DNA of 64,000 nt from Octopus vulgaris (GCA_951406725.2 OX597814.1:56668001-56732000); one strand, 5' to 3'. Shown: positions 25,853-39,379, counted from the first letter of the stretch. Program-made: numbers and translations. The notes: generated from the letters alone by a model not told the origin.

Positions 25853-26870
25853 GTAGGGTATCTAATTTTCTTTCATCTTTTCTACATGTCATACTTCAAG
25901 TGCTATTGTATTTATTTGTTAATTGTTTATATGTCAACAACAGTACAATTCCATCATGTCTGAAAATAGGGCTGATGTTGGTTTCAAATTTTGGTACAAG
26001 GCCAGCAATTTCAGAGGAGGGGTAAGTCAATTACATCATCCCTAGTGATCAACTACTACTTATTTTACTGACTCTGAAAGGACAAACGGCAATGTTGACC
26101 TTGGTGGAATTATAACCCAGAATGTAAAAAAGAGACAAAATGCTGCTAAGCATTTTGCCTGGCATACTAATGATTCTGCTAGCTAGCCTCCTTAAATAAG
26201 GCTAATATTTATTACAAAGTTTGGTACAAGACCAGCACTTTTGCAGAAGGTAGGTAAGTCGATTACATTGATCCTAGTGCTTAACGGGTACTTAATTTAC
26301 TGACCTGGAAAAGAGGAAAAGCAAAGTTGACCTTAGAATGCAAAAGCCCAACGAAATGCCACTAAGCATTTTACTTGAAATGCTAACAATTCTGCCAGCT
26401 CTCTTCCTTAAATAAGGCTATTATTGAGAAGAGAATGATTCAAAATGAACTTTGTAATTAGTGTGTTTATGTGTCTGAAACAAAGAGTGATATTAAAATC
26501 TTAATGCTGTAGAAGGGAAATGCTGTTAATAATCAAATATTTCTAAGTCAACAAGGCTGGCCTTCTGGATATATATAGAGATTATTTTCCTCTGTGGGGT
26601 TAAAGCCTGGACTATGAAGAAAGAGCTTTGAGTTTGCTGTGATGATACACATAACAAGCATGGGGATGGGTGGTGGTCTCAGAACATCTCATGGCAAGAG
26701 AAGACTTGTTGACACATTCCACTCATCTCTTGTATTGTTGCTCATTGCAGAGTAGTTTTTGCTGACCATTGCTTTTGCATGTTAGATCTTGAAGACTTCC
26801 ACATCATGATTTAATAGAAGACTGTTTTTTTATTGTTTTTGTCAATCATGTCTTTTCATTTATTTTATAG

Positions 26871-26980
26871 ATTTTGGTGTTAGTGCATGGCTTGCTACTG
26901 GGAAAGATCTGTCTCGAGATTCAGTACGACATACGTTTGTTGGAACTCCGTGTTGGATGGCTCCTGAAGTAATGGAACAG
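26871..26980 (+). CDS. OXSR1: SPAK/OSR1 kinase exon D ([37 protein letters not shown]), activation loop
   Basis: TTTTATAG acceptor, CAG|GTAAGG donor, 110 nt; DFG and [12 protein letters not shown], which carries the WNK-phosphorylated T-loop Thr in this family. Confidence 0.97.
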
Positions 26981-27899
26981 GTAAGGAACAAACATCTTTG
27001 TTGCTGCTGCAACATATTGAAATAACTGACCATGACAAACATCAGCATTCAGGTAATTGAGGAAATGCCTGTATAACTATACTTTCAAAATATGTAAAAC
27101 TTTCCAGAAGTTTAGCATATAATTACATATGCACATATCTAGATGTGCAGCTATATGTATGAGTATACATAAAACAAAGCCTACAAACTTGCATGTGTAC
27201 TTACTCTAAACATTTTCGCATGTACGCATGCACGTGCACACACACACATACACATGTGCAACTTCCCTGTTGATGTTATTGGAAATTTTAAGGAAAACCT
27301 TAGGGTTTGGGTTAGAAACCAACCCTCTCTCTGTTCTAGAAATAGACTAAATATTAACCTACCTACCATCATCATTTTTCCATGCTGGCACAGGTTACGT
27401 TGAATTTGTTGCGGCAGATTTGTAAGTACAGTGTTATCATTCCCGTAGTCCTTATGTTTTGAAATCGCCAAATCTGATAAAAACGCAAGAGTTTTGTTTA
27501 CTGGAAAATGTAAACATCATTGTTTTTTGCTCAGGTAGTGTTAAGAAGACTCATGGAATCAATATACAGACATATATATATATGTATGCACGCACACACA
27601 CACACAATGGGCTTCTTCACAGTTTTCATCCACCAGTTTTAATCACAATGTATTGGTCAACTGCAAAATGAACTTCATAACCGCACAGCTGGGTGGATGT
27701 ATGTGTATGTTTGCTCTGCTTGTAGATTGATTTGTTGAGCTCTTTTAAATTTCATACTAGTAGACAATAAAACAATTCCACATGTCTTATACAAGAGAAC
27801 TCAATGAATCAGTACACATGCCAAGGTCATTCCTCCCACCATATTAACCTTAGTACTTATTTCAGCCTGTTACTTGATACACTATGAAACCTAAGCATT

Positions 27900-28283
27900 A
27901 AATGCAGAGATGTATGAAGGCTGGAAAAATAAATGAGGTAACCTTCCTCTGCTACATATGTAATGCTAGTGTGAATGAGTGATGGAGTGCATATGAGCTA
28001 AGAGAAAACCTGTAAGAAACCATGTATGTTGAATCAGATGCAGTATGCATGTAAAAGCTATGCATAGGGAGGATATCAAATAGAAATGGGATAAGCAATG
28101 CATGGAAAAGGAACTTGCAGAAGAGGGCAAAGGAATATATAAGAAGAGGTGATGGCTGATTTTGAAAGGTAGAACCTCATGAAGATGATGAAGTGCCAAT
28201 ATGCTGTGCTTGAAAAAACCCATTTATCCCATGCAAGCATGGAAAAAAAGCAGATGTAAAATGATAATAATGATGATGATGTG
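27900..28283 (+). mobile_element. Old RTE LINE 3' fragment ending ~30 nt before the exon E acceptor
   Basis: Degenerate match to 21335-22310, including CCATGCAAGCATGG and the (GAT)n tail. Confidence 0.6.
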
Positions 28284-28312
28284 ATATTAACTTGGTCTAA
28301 TTTCATTCAAAG

Positions 28313-28414
28313 GTAACTGGATATGATTTCAAAGCTGACATTTGGAGTTTTGGCATAACAGCAATAGAACTGGCCACTGGTACGGCACCTTACCACAAGT
28401 TTCCCCCTATGAAG
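28313..28414 (+). CDS. OXSR1: SPAK/OSR1 kinase exon E ([34 protein letters not shown])
   Basis: AAG acceptor, AAG|GTAAGT donor, 102 nt; near-identical to OSR1 [32 protein letters not shown]. Confidence 0.96.
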
Positions 28415-28725
28415 GTAAGTTGTGAAACAAGAACTCTACTCGTTATAATCATTTATTAGCAATGATTGGGAAAACAGGATTATTTTGTTGCTGAAATGTT
28501 CTCTTTGTGAACAAACTGATATGGTCTGTTGTAAAATATAGCAGATATTTTCTGTACCATAGTAATATATTTTGCAGATAATGTCTATACCCCATATTTA
28601 AATAGATCCATATTGATACCCCATATTTAAATAGATCCACATTGCAATGTTCTTTCAACAGTTTTCATGGCTTAGTGTTTACCAGAGTTCAGGAAAATAA
28701 GATCACTCAAAGATTCCAGGGTTAA

Positions 28726-29801
28726 CCCTTTCGTTACCAAACCGCCCAAAGCCGCCCCAAAAAATTTTTGGTTAATGTGACCAAACCGCCCAAACCCGCC
28801 CGTATTTACCTATTCATATTTAAATGAGAATATCAGAGCAAATCTCTTTAGTACATTTGTGAAAACATGTGATTATACTTCGTAAACAGTTCATCTACAA
28901 TGATCGAAGTGTAATTTTAATTCCGTGAATTTTGGGAGATTTTTTCCCAAAATTTGTTCCTATTGTGTTTTCAAAATTTGTAATTCTGACAAAAAATGGA
29001 TACGAATTTCATTATATCAAGCAGCGAGTCAGAATTCGAAGGCTTTTCTACTGAAGACCTTGATAAATCTAACGCTATGACTGAAAAAAAAAGCACGAGG
29101 TATTTGATAATGAATCCGATGTTTCATTTTCCGAAAGTGAAAACAGTGAATCCGAGAGCTCCGACAGCGATAAAGAAAATGAATTGGCACCTGAATGGAG
29201 TGAAAATTTAAAAACTGTTTCTTTCGGTGATTTTTCTGAAGAAACTGGACCAAGCCAGTCTTTCCCAGGAGAGTAAAGCCTTAGACTATTTCTATTTACT
29301 TTTTCGAATGAGCCTATTTGAAATCATTACGGCGGAAACGAACCGTTACGCTAAATGTAAACAAAGCGAAAGAAAGGATAATTTGTGGTTTCCCACAACC
29401 TTAAATGAAATTAAGGCTTATTTTGCCATAAATATTATTATGGGTATCAGAAAGTTACCCAGAATAACAAATTCTATAGTAAAATTTTGTTGTATACCCA
29501 ATTGAATATTAGCTAATAACCCATTTTCTATAGCGATGTTTAAACAAAAATTTTAATAATTTTATATTTTGTTGAATTTACCTGTATCTACCTGCAATTA
29601 GAGTCACTTTGTGACAAAAATTATAGTATAGAATTGGTTGAGAACATTTCATTAAATTATCTTCCAAAATTCACGTTAATATATTGATAAATAAAAAAGT
29701 TATAGTTGTTTAATGAAACCAGACTAAATTTATGATTATGTTAGAAATTAATTGAAACACATAAGGGGTGTATTTTGGTCAGAAATATAGTAAAAAAAGG
29801 G
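28726..29801 (+). mobile_element. piggyBac element, internally deleted
   Basis: TTAA at 28722-28725 and 29802-29805; ends CCCTTTCGTTAC / GTAAAAAAAGGG; PGBD-like fragment LDYFYLLF...ITAETNRYA...EIKAYFAINIIMGIRKLP. Confidence 0.9.
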
Positions 29802-30344
29802 TTAAAGGAGATTTTAAAAATTGCAAAGGGACACCTAAATCATTCCTTAGAGTGTCATGAACTAATGGGCAGAAACTCTTGCTTGGTAATTCTTCCTCTC
29901 AAGATTTATCTTTGCAGTCCACTTGCTGCAGAGTGAATTTCTGTTGTCTCTAGCAATATATTATAGACATTGCCTCTTATTTATTCACATTGTTTTGAAT
30001 TAAACATGCAATATCTTGTGGCTTCAAGATTTCAGTAATGTGATTATTTTTAGAATAACAGTATAGGTTAAGTGTGAAAGGCTGGATCTGACTAGATTGA
30101 ACATAAAGAAGTAGAATATTCGAGCCAATATGGCTGGTTTAACTGTGAAAGGATTAATATGAGCATCAGCATGCACATTGACTGATGAATGCACTGTATA
30201 TCATCTTAACTCCCCCTCAAGATACAACCAATATGTTATTTGAAGTCGTTATCCGTTAATAACATGGTTTATAGTTAAAATTTACATCTAGTATCTATTA
30301 TAAGTGCTGTTAGGAGTTGTGGACTTAAAAGTGTAAATTTACAC

Positions 30345-31328
30345 TTCAGTTTTTAAGAAGGTGCATTGTTTTTATAAGGGAGGGCAGGTAAACAAGGCCA
30401 TGCCATTTTTGGTCAAAAACTGGTGGTGTGCGCAGGCACATTTTCATGATGAAACCACCACTCTCCACTTTGCCACAGGTTGGGGCGTTTTCATCCCACC
30501 ATGTCTTGCAAATGCTTCGGAACTGGCAATTAAAATGTCTGGTTAACAGTTTCACCAGGAGGAACAAATTGTGTATGAACAATTCATTTTCCATCAATGA
30601 AGCAAATCAACATCATCTTGACATTGGACTTCACATGACATGTGCTTCTTTGGGGTGTGGTGACATTGATTACTGCTTCATTTCTGATCTATAGCTGTAG
30701 CACCAGCTTTCGTCACCGGTAATGTTTTTCAGAAAAAGATTTGGATCAGCTTCCAACTGTTCATGCAGTTGATGTCACGTTTAGTTGTGATTGCTTTTGA
30801 TCTTCTGTGAGCAAGCGAGGCACAAATTTTGCTGCAACTCACTCAAAATTCATTGGCTGGAGCTCCTGAACACACCAGTCATATCAACAAGTTTGTCAAT
30901 TGTTTGGCGACGATCCTCCAAGATCAGTTCATGAATTTTTGTGACGTTTTCATTTGTTCTGGAGGTTGATGGTTGTGCTGAATGAGATTGGTCTTCAAGC
31001 GACATGTGACCATTCCTGAAGTGTGGAAACCACTTTTAAACTTGTGTTTTGCTCATGGCAGCATCCTTGTAAGCTATTTGAGGCATGATATCTGTTTTGG
31101 CTGCTGTTTTCCCCAGCAGAAAACAGAATTTCATGGAAGCATGTTGTTCCTTCGTTTCAGCCATTGCAAAAATTGATGAACAGGGAAGAAGCATTGCAAA
31201 ACAAAGTTGCCAGTTGGCAGACTGATGCCTGAGGGTTGCATCAAGTGGCTTCTAGTGGCAGAAGCCTGAACTACAACAGGTTCGTCCCACAGAGAACGTT
31301 TCCTGTTAATTTTGACTATCTTCTCATA
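30345..31328 (-). mobile_element. Mariner element, 3'-truncated transposase pseudogene
   Basis: Minus strand: MAETKEQHASMKFCFLLGK...AAKFVPRLLT...ITGDESWCY, with stops and frameshifts. Confidence 0.85.
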
Positions 31329-31552
31329 TAATTCATATGATAACTATAAAGTTATTGCTACTCTACAAAAGATGGTCAGTGATTAAATATTTTCTCTGAG
31401 ACATTATCGACTGATAACAAAAGAAATCTTAATTTGATTTCTTTTAAATAGTGTCACACTGTTTAGCAGTACCATAGTGGGAATGGTTGGGTGATTGAAA
31501 TGAATAATAGAGAAAAAGCTGTATCCACTTTTGTTCATTGTGTTTTTTGCAG

Positions 31553-31686
31553 GTTTTAATGCTGACATTACAGAATGACTCACCAACATTAGACACTGGT
31601 GCACAAGATAAAGACCAATATAAGAATTATAGCAAAGTTTTCCGAAAAATGATAAATGATTGTTTAAGGAAAGATCCTGAAAAGAG
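31553..31686 (+). CDS. OXSR1: SPAK/OSR1 kinase exon F ([45 protein letters not shown])
   Basis: TTTTTTGCAG acceptor, AG|GTACTT donor, 134 nt; family signature VLMLTLQND. Confidence 0.96.
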
Positions 31687-33049
31687 GTACTTTTTCCTGA
31701 CTACTTTAACATCTGTATTTTCAGATTGCATTTCTTTATTTTTGATATAGGATTTTTTTTGTTTTCACTTATTTCACCATTTTCTGTCCAATGTTACCTG
31801 AGCACAAATGTTGAATACCATTTTCGTTTTAACTTTGTTCTTTATTCTTCTCTGTCTGGTGTCAAATTAATAGTAATGTTCAGTTGCTTCTGTTCATAGC
31901 TGGCATTATTCATTGTTTATGTTATTATATTTTAGGAGAAGATATCATCCAGCTAATGACTGAATACCTTTTTATGCCGTTATTGTAGTGGACTGAATTA
32001 ATTTGAACATTCATATATGACAAACTTCTCAACATCAATCAGAATGATGACTGCTTGGCTGAAATTTTTGCAGGAAAAAACAAAACAAAAAACTAATCTA
32101 TTCATAGCATAGATATAAATGTAGTTGATTTGGTCTCAGTGTTCAGATACTACCTATCATTAGCATAGTGCAGTAAATACAAACACAATATACATGCAGG
32201 ACAGGGTTTGCATGTGACCCCAGAAGTTTGGTTTGAGCAGTTCTCCACACATAACCAATCAATTTTGAGCTCAGTATTTGTTAGCAGTTTTATTATTTAA
32301 AAAGTCTAGTGATCAGCAATCCTGTCATTTACTAGTGTCCTCCTTGTTCAAAATTTAGTCTATACTTTAATAACCTAAAAGTTCCTTAGAGCCAGGCAAT
32401 TTCTTTGTGTATGGAGTTTCTGGGTTTGCTTTGATCAGAGTGGTCAGACTTGCTTAATGTAAGAACCACATCCAATAAGGCTCAGATGTTTGAAGGCCAC
32501 AAAACATGAACAAAATTTACACTGTTTATGTTTGATTCTGTGTCTGTTTATATCTTGCTACTTAGATCAATAAAATAAGTCCTGGGAATGACATGATTGA
32601 CTAAATACCTTCTAGGTGGTGCCCTAACATAACCACAGTCGAATGACTGAAACCAGTGAAATAAAAGGATAGATTTTAATTGTTACACACATTTTCTTTG
32701 TGTGCAATAATATTTATTTGTGAATGCAGTTTTTTAAATTCATGCACCAAAAGTTTTTGTGTATTTCATACCATAATGAACTACAGAAACATCGAAGAAA
32801 ATTGTGCAAATTTCCATTTCAGCAACATAAAAATTAGGCTGCCAAAAATACAAATGAAAAGGTGGATGTAGGAGTGGGTGGATTCATGATAGTTATATAT
32901 CTTAGTAAATATCTTCTGTGAATAAATATTTTCCTTTGTGTTTTGATCAAAGTTGGTGGAAATATGTAAAAAGCAAACCAATAAAATTAGAGATATTTAA
33001 ATCAGATCCTTCCTTACAAAGTTAATCTTATCATTATATTTTTATTACA

Positions 33050-34036
33050 AACAGACAATGCAAAACATACCTGGCTATTAAAGCTGCTATTTACTTCAAG
33101 TAGAGGTGGGTTTCCATCTTGGCTGTAAGTTGTCAAAAATCAGACTGATTTGTCATCAAAGCTGTATGAATTAGCTCTGTCAGGTGATGGTTTGTAAGGT
33201 TTGCATGTTGCTTCCATTTCACAAACTTTATTACAGAGGACAGTAATTCACAGCAGTATGTTATGCTGAAAATTGTGATAAGCTACATGCTAGTTTTCTT
33301 CAGTTCAGAATATTTTCTTTCTAGAACTTGTTTCCTGAACTCAGTTGTAGACTGAGATTTATGAGTTATCTTTAGACCCAGGTCCTCCTGTAGTTCCTTT
33401 AATTCAATTTCCATAGCAGATGATTCCATAACTAGAGGTTTGAGAATTGGACATTTGTCAGTGGGAACATCAACCATGAATAGATTTACAAAAGATGAAG
33501 TAGGGCTGCTTCTCCAGTAAGTCATCAAACCTGGATAGGAAATTATCAAGTAGTCCTTCTAATTTATGTTTGTGTTATTCCAGTTAGTGGTCTTTTATGT
33601 CAGTATCAGGAATGTATTTTTCCCTCCTGAGATTGAGAAAGTGAAATTTCCTGATATATCTTTTTGAAAAGTTTTTGTTTTACTTTGAAAACTGAATCTG
33701 ATTAGAAATAATCATATCCATTGCCCAGAGTGCCATATTGAAAGTTTGTAGATGATTCATTATATCAGTAAAGAACATCATATCTTGCATATTCATTCAT
33801 AATTTTCTAGTTGAGGATACTCTTTACTCTCTTTACTCTTTTACTTGTTTCAGTCATTTGACTGTGGCCATGCTGGAGCACCGCCTTTAATCAAACAACT
33901 CGACCCCGGGACTTATTCTTTTGTAAGCCCAGTACTTATTCTATTGGTCTCTTTTGCTGAACCGCTAGGTAACGGGGACATAAACACACCAGCATCGGTT
34001 GTCAAGCAATGCTAAGGGGACAAACACACACACACA

Positions 34037-34079
<43 letters not shown>

Positions 34080-34450
34080 GACGGACTTCTTTCAGTTTCC
34101 GTCTACCAAATCCACTCACAAGGCTTTGGTCGGCCCAAGGCTATAGTAGAAGACACTTGCCCAAGGTTCCACGCAGTGGGACTGAATCATGAACCATGTG
34201 GTTGGTAAACAAGCTACTTACCACACAGCCACCCCTGCACCTATAGGAACTTTTCTTTAAGAAAAATAATAACAGGTTCCATGAGATCCACTAACCTACT
34301 CAAGACATCGCTGATTCCCACCCACATCACAATGCAACAGAAAAGAGACATCACTCAGGTATATCTTCAACCTCCGGTTCTTCAATAAAATATGAGGAAA
34401 CTAGAAAATAGAAAAAGTGAAGATGCCAAATTACCAACTACATCGATCTT
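33050..34450 (-). mobile_element. hAT (Charlie/GTF2IRD2-like) transposase remnant split by a SINE
   Basis: Minus strand remnants VLSRLVDLMEPVIIFLKEK / YPQLEN...DMMFFTDIMNHLQTFNMAL / EIELKELQ...FRKQVLERKYSELKK. Confidence 0.65.
33821..34242 (-). mobile_element. tRNA-derived SINE family A, full-length young copy
   Basis: Reverse complement of 7286-7690 with CpGs preserved and a (GTAAA(A)GA)n-type tail. Confidence 0.88.
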
Positions 34451-35419
34451 AATTCAAATTTTAGAATGGTCATTATGGAGGCATTTCAAGCAAGGGACAC
34501 AACTTCGTTTACTCTAGTTTGGTCGATAAAAGCAGGTAGTAAGAACAGTTGCTTCTTATGTGACAGTTATTTGCATAGCTGTAGTAGAAACTGTTGTTTC
34601 ATAAAAAAAAAAAAATCCATTTCAAACTTTGGGTTGATAGTTGGAATCATGTAAAACAATAAAAAAAAAAATAGAGAACAGCAAAAGAATAAATAGTTTA
34701 AGAGAACTGCGTTTTCTTCTTTATGATGATGATTGAAAGTCTTCAGTAAGCGAAACAATAAATTCACACTCTGTTTCCTGTTATATTGCTAATTTCAGTC
34801 ATTTTGCTAATTATTTTTGAGATTCTTATTTCTTAATCTCAGAAAATTTTAGGCTTTACACCTGCCTGGAAACAGTAATGAAACAGTGTGTCATCTTAGA
34901 AAGACTATATCTGAATGAAGTATGTTAAGCTGGGCAAGCTTACATAGCTGGAGCTATGTTAATTCCTGCTGGATTAAGTTAGACCTCCCCACTTTAGATA
35001 AACTCGTATTTAACCTGCTCCAACATGATTGAAAGTTTAAGCTATCACTCAAGTTCATCTTCAAGTTAGTTTTACATTATATGCTATTCACTCATTTCTT
35101 AATTCATTTAATACTTATTTCATGATCCTAGATGGGGCTTAAATTAAAGAAGCTGAAGACAAGTATCAATTCTGACAATCTTTTGTCTGTATCAGTTCAT
35201 ACTGTTTAATAAATCATTGCTTCACACAATTTTGAATAATCAGCCATAGTTACAAGGTGAACTTTCGGATTGAACAGTATTTCCAACACAATGTTTGAAA
35301 AATATCTAATTGGTTTGGTAGATTCCTGGTTTATTTTAGAAACAAAAGCATTCTCAATAAACCTTGTGACATTTTGCTGTTTTACAGAATTTAAGAAAAA
35401 GAATCCTTCCTTCCTTCCT

Positions 35420-35865
35420 TTCCTTTCCTTCTTGGGCCACAAAACCCTTCTTGTGAAGACCTGTTGAGGCAAGTGAAAATCAAAATCAAAAAATGACAAA
35501 AATCAAAATCGATCAACGTGAATGGAAATTGTCGCTGTGATTCAGTGCTGGTGGCACATAAGAGAACCATCCAAACGTGGCCGTTGCCAGTGCCGCCCTG
35601 ACTGGCTTCCATGCCTGTGGCACGTAAAAAGCACCATCCGACTGTGGCCGTTTGCCAGACTTGTCTGGCACCTGTGCAGGTGGCACGTAAAAAGCACCCA
35701 CTACACTCATGGAGTGGTTGGCGTTAGGAAGGGCATCCAGCCGTAGAAACATTGCCAGATCAGACTGGGCCTGGTGCAGCCTTCTGGCTTCCCAGACCCC
35801 AGTTGCACCGTCCAACCCATGCCAGCATGGAAAGCGGACGCTAAACGATGATGATGATGATGATG
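35420..35865 (+). mobile_element. RTE LINE 3' UTR copy (others at ~23110-23390 +, 23670-23770 +, 49322-49445 -, 59130-59600 -, 60595-60828 +, 62040-62430 +, 63710-63920 -)
   Basis: GAGTGGTTGGCGTTAGGAAGGGCATCCAGC...CCATGC.AGCATGGAAAGCGGACG(GAT)n, matching the 3' end of 21335-22310. Confidence 0.82.
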
Positions 35866-35966
35866 AAATCTTGCACTCTTATGTTCTGGAAACCTATTGC
35901 TTTTTGTAATTTGTAATGTATTGGTGCCTTGTTTTAATAATGATCACCTTTCTTTGTCATTTACAG

Positions 35967-36015
35967 GCCAACTGCTAAACAACTTTTGAAACATGAATTC
36001 TTCAAAAAGGCAAAG
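35967..36015 (+). CDS. OXSR1: SPAK/OSR1 kinase exon G (PTAKQLLKHEFFKKAK)
   Basis: TTTACAG acceptor, AAG|GTATAA donor, 49 nt, phase-compatible; matches RPTAAELLRHKFFQKAK. Confidence 0.94.
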
Positions 36016-36813
36016 GTATAAAATAAATTTTCTATTATTTTTTCCCCTTTATTTTCTTTCTGTGTTATTTGTAACCAATATCTTTTCTAATCATATCCAT
36101 AAGTTTGTTTCTTAGCTAGCTAATAAGTAAATTCCATGCATTATTTGTGTCTCTGTTGCACATGCACAACAATAAAAATGTGTTTGCGAGGCTACATACA
36201 TTGAAGATCACTCATACATTGGACAAGGTATATCCCTTACCAAAAGATAAATATTAAATAGAATATAAAATGAAGTATTATAAATTAATAAATTAGGATT
36301 ATGTTAATGAACCAAACAGCTGATTAAGCATGTACAAATACTAACATGCTGCACATGCACACACAAATGAATATAAAAAAAATTATGCTGATAAAAAGAG
36401 CTAGCTTTTAATTATCTTGTGAACAGTGGACATATTTTGAAGTGTAAGATTGTACCATTTGCTTTAGTTTCTATTGTGTGTGAATTCAAATTAGTTGTTT
36501 CTCTTTTTTTAAATTCAGTTGAAGACGACTATATTATCCTCCTCTTAGAGGTTATCTGATCATAGACTTAGGCTAATTGGTATTCAAGTTTTATTTTATT
36601 TTCAGTTTGCTATTTTGATAAATTTTTAGAAAAAATGTTTTTAAAAAATGTATTGCTTACTGTAGAATAAAATAGCTTGTTCATGAAAGATTTTATCCTG
36701 TACACTGAGTCTTATTCTCAGGTTCTTTGATAGGCACTTGACAGCCATATCTTTTCAGCAGGTTGTTTACTTTTAGCTTCGATCATTCTATTTAACTAGA
36801 TTTATAATAGTTA

Positions 36814-37026
36814 TTTATAAGTCATTTAAGAAATACACAAAAACTGTTAGATTCACTTCAACATTTATATTTAATTTGCCAAAATATTTTCGTCGCTTTG
36901 TGACTACAACCTGTTCACTGACAAAATTCCGTGCAGCATGGAATTTTGTCAGTGAACAGGTTGTAAATTAAATTTAAATGTTGAAGTGAATCTAATGGTT
37001 TTTGTGTTTCTTAAATGGCTTATAAA
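36814..37026. repeat. Long palindrome/hairpin
   Basis: 30-bp arms (36905-36934 / 36936-36965) with a 1-nt spacer, plus ~60 bp outer arms. Confidence 0.9.
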
Positions 37027-39325
37027 CACCTTCCACGCTGTAATTGTTTTTGTTCCAGCACACAATCTCAGATCAGGTCACTTGCTATGCAAGTACCTCT
37101 CTGTAGTAGTTATCTTCTCTTATTAATAAGTTGTCTGCTCTTTGACATAACAGTATTGAACTAAATTTTTAGCAGTGAACTGCTATTTCATTTTCTCTTT
37201 AGAAATTTTAGCCTTTACACTCATCACCTGAAGGTAATGATGAGGAAACTACTCCCGTATATCCTTTCAAAGTCACCATTATTCTGAAAATGAATATTAT
37301 ATTAGACTGGTACATGTGGCTGTTCATAGTTGAGATGCTAGCCCCATAAGCATAAGATCATTTTGTATTGACTAAAATGGGTGGAGTAACTATGTAAAAG
37401 TAATTGTTCTAATAATTCTAGATCCACCAGATTTTCTTTTATACCTTTTTACTTGTTTTAGTCATTGGACTGTGACCATGCTGGGGCACTTTCTTAAAGG
37501 GTTTAGTTAAACAAATTAACCCCAATACTTGTTTTTTAAAGCCTGATGTGCGCACACACGCAACCAACTTTTTCCAGTTTCTGTCTACTGTGAAACCTTG
37601 TGAGTGGATCTGATAATAGAAGACACTTGTCTCGGGTGTCACACAGTGGGACTGAACCTTGGACCATATAACTAGGAAGTAAGCTTCTTACTATACAGCC
37701 ATGCCTGCTATTAGCTGTTAGACATTTTCTGAATAAATTTAAATATTAGATTAGCATAAAATAAGCATTTTAAAGAGCTGTAGAAGTAAATAATTTATAT
37801 TTATCAAGAAGGCATTCTCAATTACATGATGTTTTTCTAGTATTCTATAAATGAAGCATAAAAAAAAATATATTCAAATCTACTTTTATGCAGTTGATCC
37901 ACTCATTTCATTGTGATCTATGTGTGAAATTTAATTTGAACTCGGATCTTAAGGCTTGTAACCAAGTATCATAACTGACATTGATTATGAACGAGTGTGG
38001 ATAACAGAATGAGAGCACTCAAACTCCATGGATTTGATAAAAGGCTTGGTTTGAAATTCAGAGATTGTTATTGAACATGAGAAGCATCTAAGGAAGGTCA
38101 AATTGTGCAATGGTCAAAATGTAACTATAACAACCAAGATGAAGAAAACAAGCCTGATTATATAAGTGCGTAATGATAATTTCTTATCTTATGAGCTAGT
38201 TATTTTCTTTAGGACATCAGATCATGGATAAAAGTTATATTCAAGTTGTTCTCATTCCTTTAGATGGATTGATCACTTGTAACAAATATCTTTTCATTGT
38301 ACTAGCTGAGGTTTATTTAATACAAATGTAGTAGCAGGTGTAATTGTGTGGCGAAAAATTTGCTTTGCAAATGTATGTGTATGCATTTATATGTACTGTT
38401 GTTGACATGGCATGATGGTTGTAAATGGAAACATCATTGTCATATTAGTGAAGTTGTTCATTTCCAGTCTTCCTTGAAAAAATATTAGTTTCAAATTTTG
38501 GTGCAAAACCAGCAATTTCTGGGGAGAGTGTAAGTCAACTACATTGATCTCAGTGCTCAACCGTTACTTATTTAATCGCCTCCAAAAGGATGAAAGGCAA
38601 AGTTGACCTCAGCAGAATTTGAACTTGGAATGTAAAGACAGATGAAAAGCCACTAAACATTTTGTCTAGCGTGCTAATGATTCTGCCACCTCACTGCCTT
38701 TCTCGCAAAAACATCTATGGGAAAATACTGCCTTACTTTGAAACAGACAAAGGTTGGCAACAGGAAGGGCTTCCTCCCCAACAAATTCTGTCTGACCCAT
38801 GTAAGCATGGAAAATGGGCTACATGTAGATGTGAATTTTTTTACTGCAGTTTAAACTTCCTAGTGCTCACTCTTTAATAGTAGTAGTGGTTACTAGACAC
38901 AATAGTGTTGTTGGAAGAAAAGCTAGACATTGCATTGACCTCTCTCTCTCTCTCTCTCTCAATTATGTAACTTGACTCCAAATTTTCCTTAGTCTTTTAC
39001 TATTTTTATTTAAAACTGTGATCATATTCCCTATTCTCTCTTATCTTAACCTTTTAGCATTCAAACTGGCCATATTGGGAGCAAATATTCTACCTGTTTT
39101 ATGTTGAAACTGGCCAGATCTGGCCTCTGCCATTGGCCCTACAATGTCATTCTAAGAATAAACGTTCATGTCATCAGAATCTCAAAGCCACAAGATAACG
39201 TCTGATTAATTCAAAATAATGTGTAAATAAATAGGTTTTATATTTGACAGAATAATCTGAATGCTAAAGAGTTAATGTTTTATATAGTTGGTTGTTGTAT
39301 TCCCCTATGTTTTATCTATTCACAG

Positions 39326-39379
39326 GATAAAGCCTATTTAGCCAAGTTGGCAGAATCATGTAATGTCAAATCCCAGAAG
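39326..39379 (+). CDS. OXSR1: SPAK/OSR1 exon H (DKAYLAKLAESCNVKSQK)
   Basis: TTCACAG acceptor, AAG|GTAAGA donor, 54 nt, phase 0-0; positional equivalent of OSR1 NKEFLQEKTL...AKK. Confidence 0.85.
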
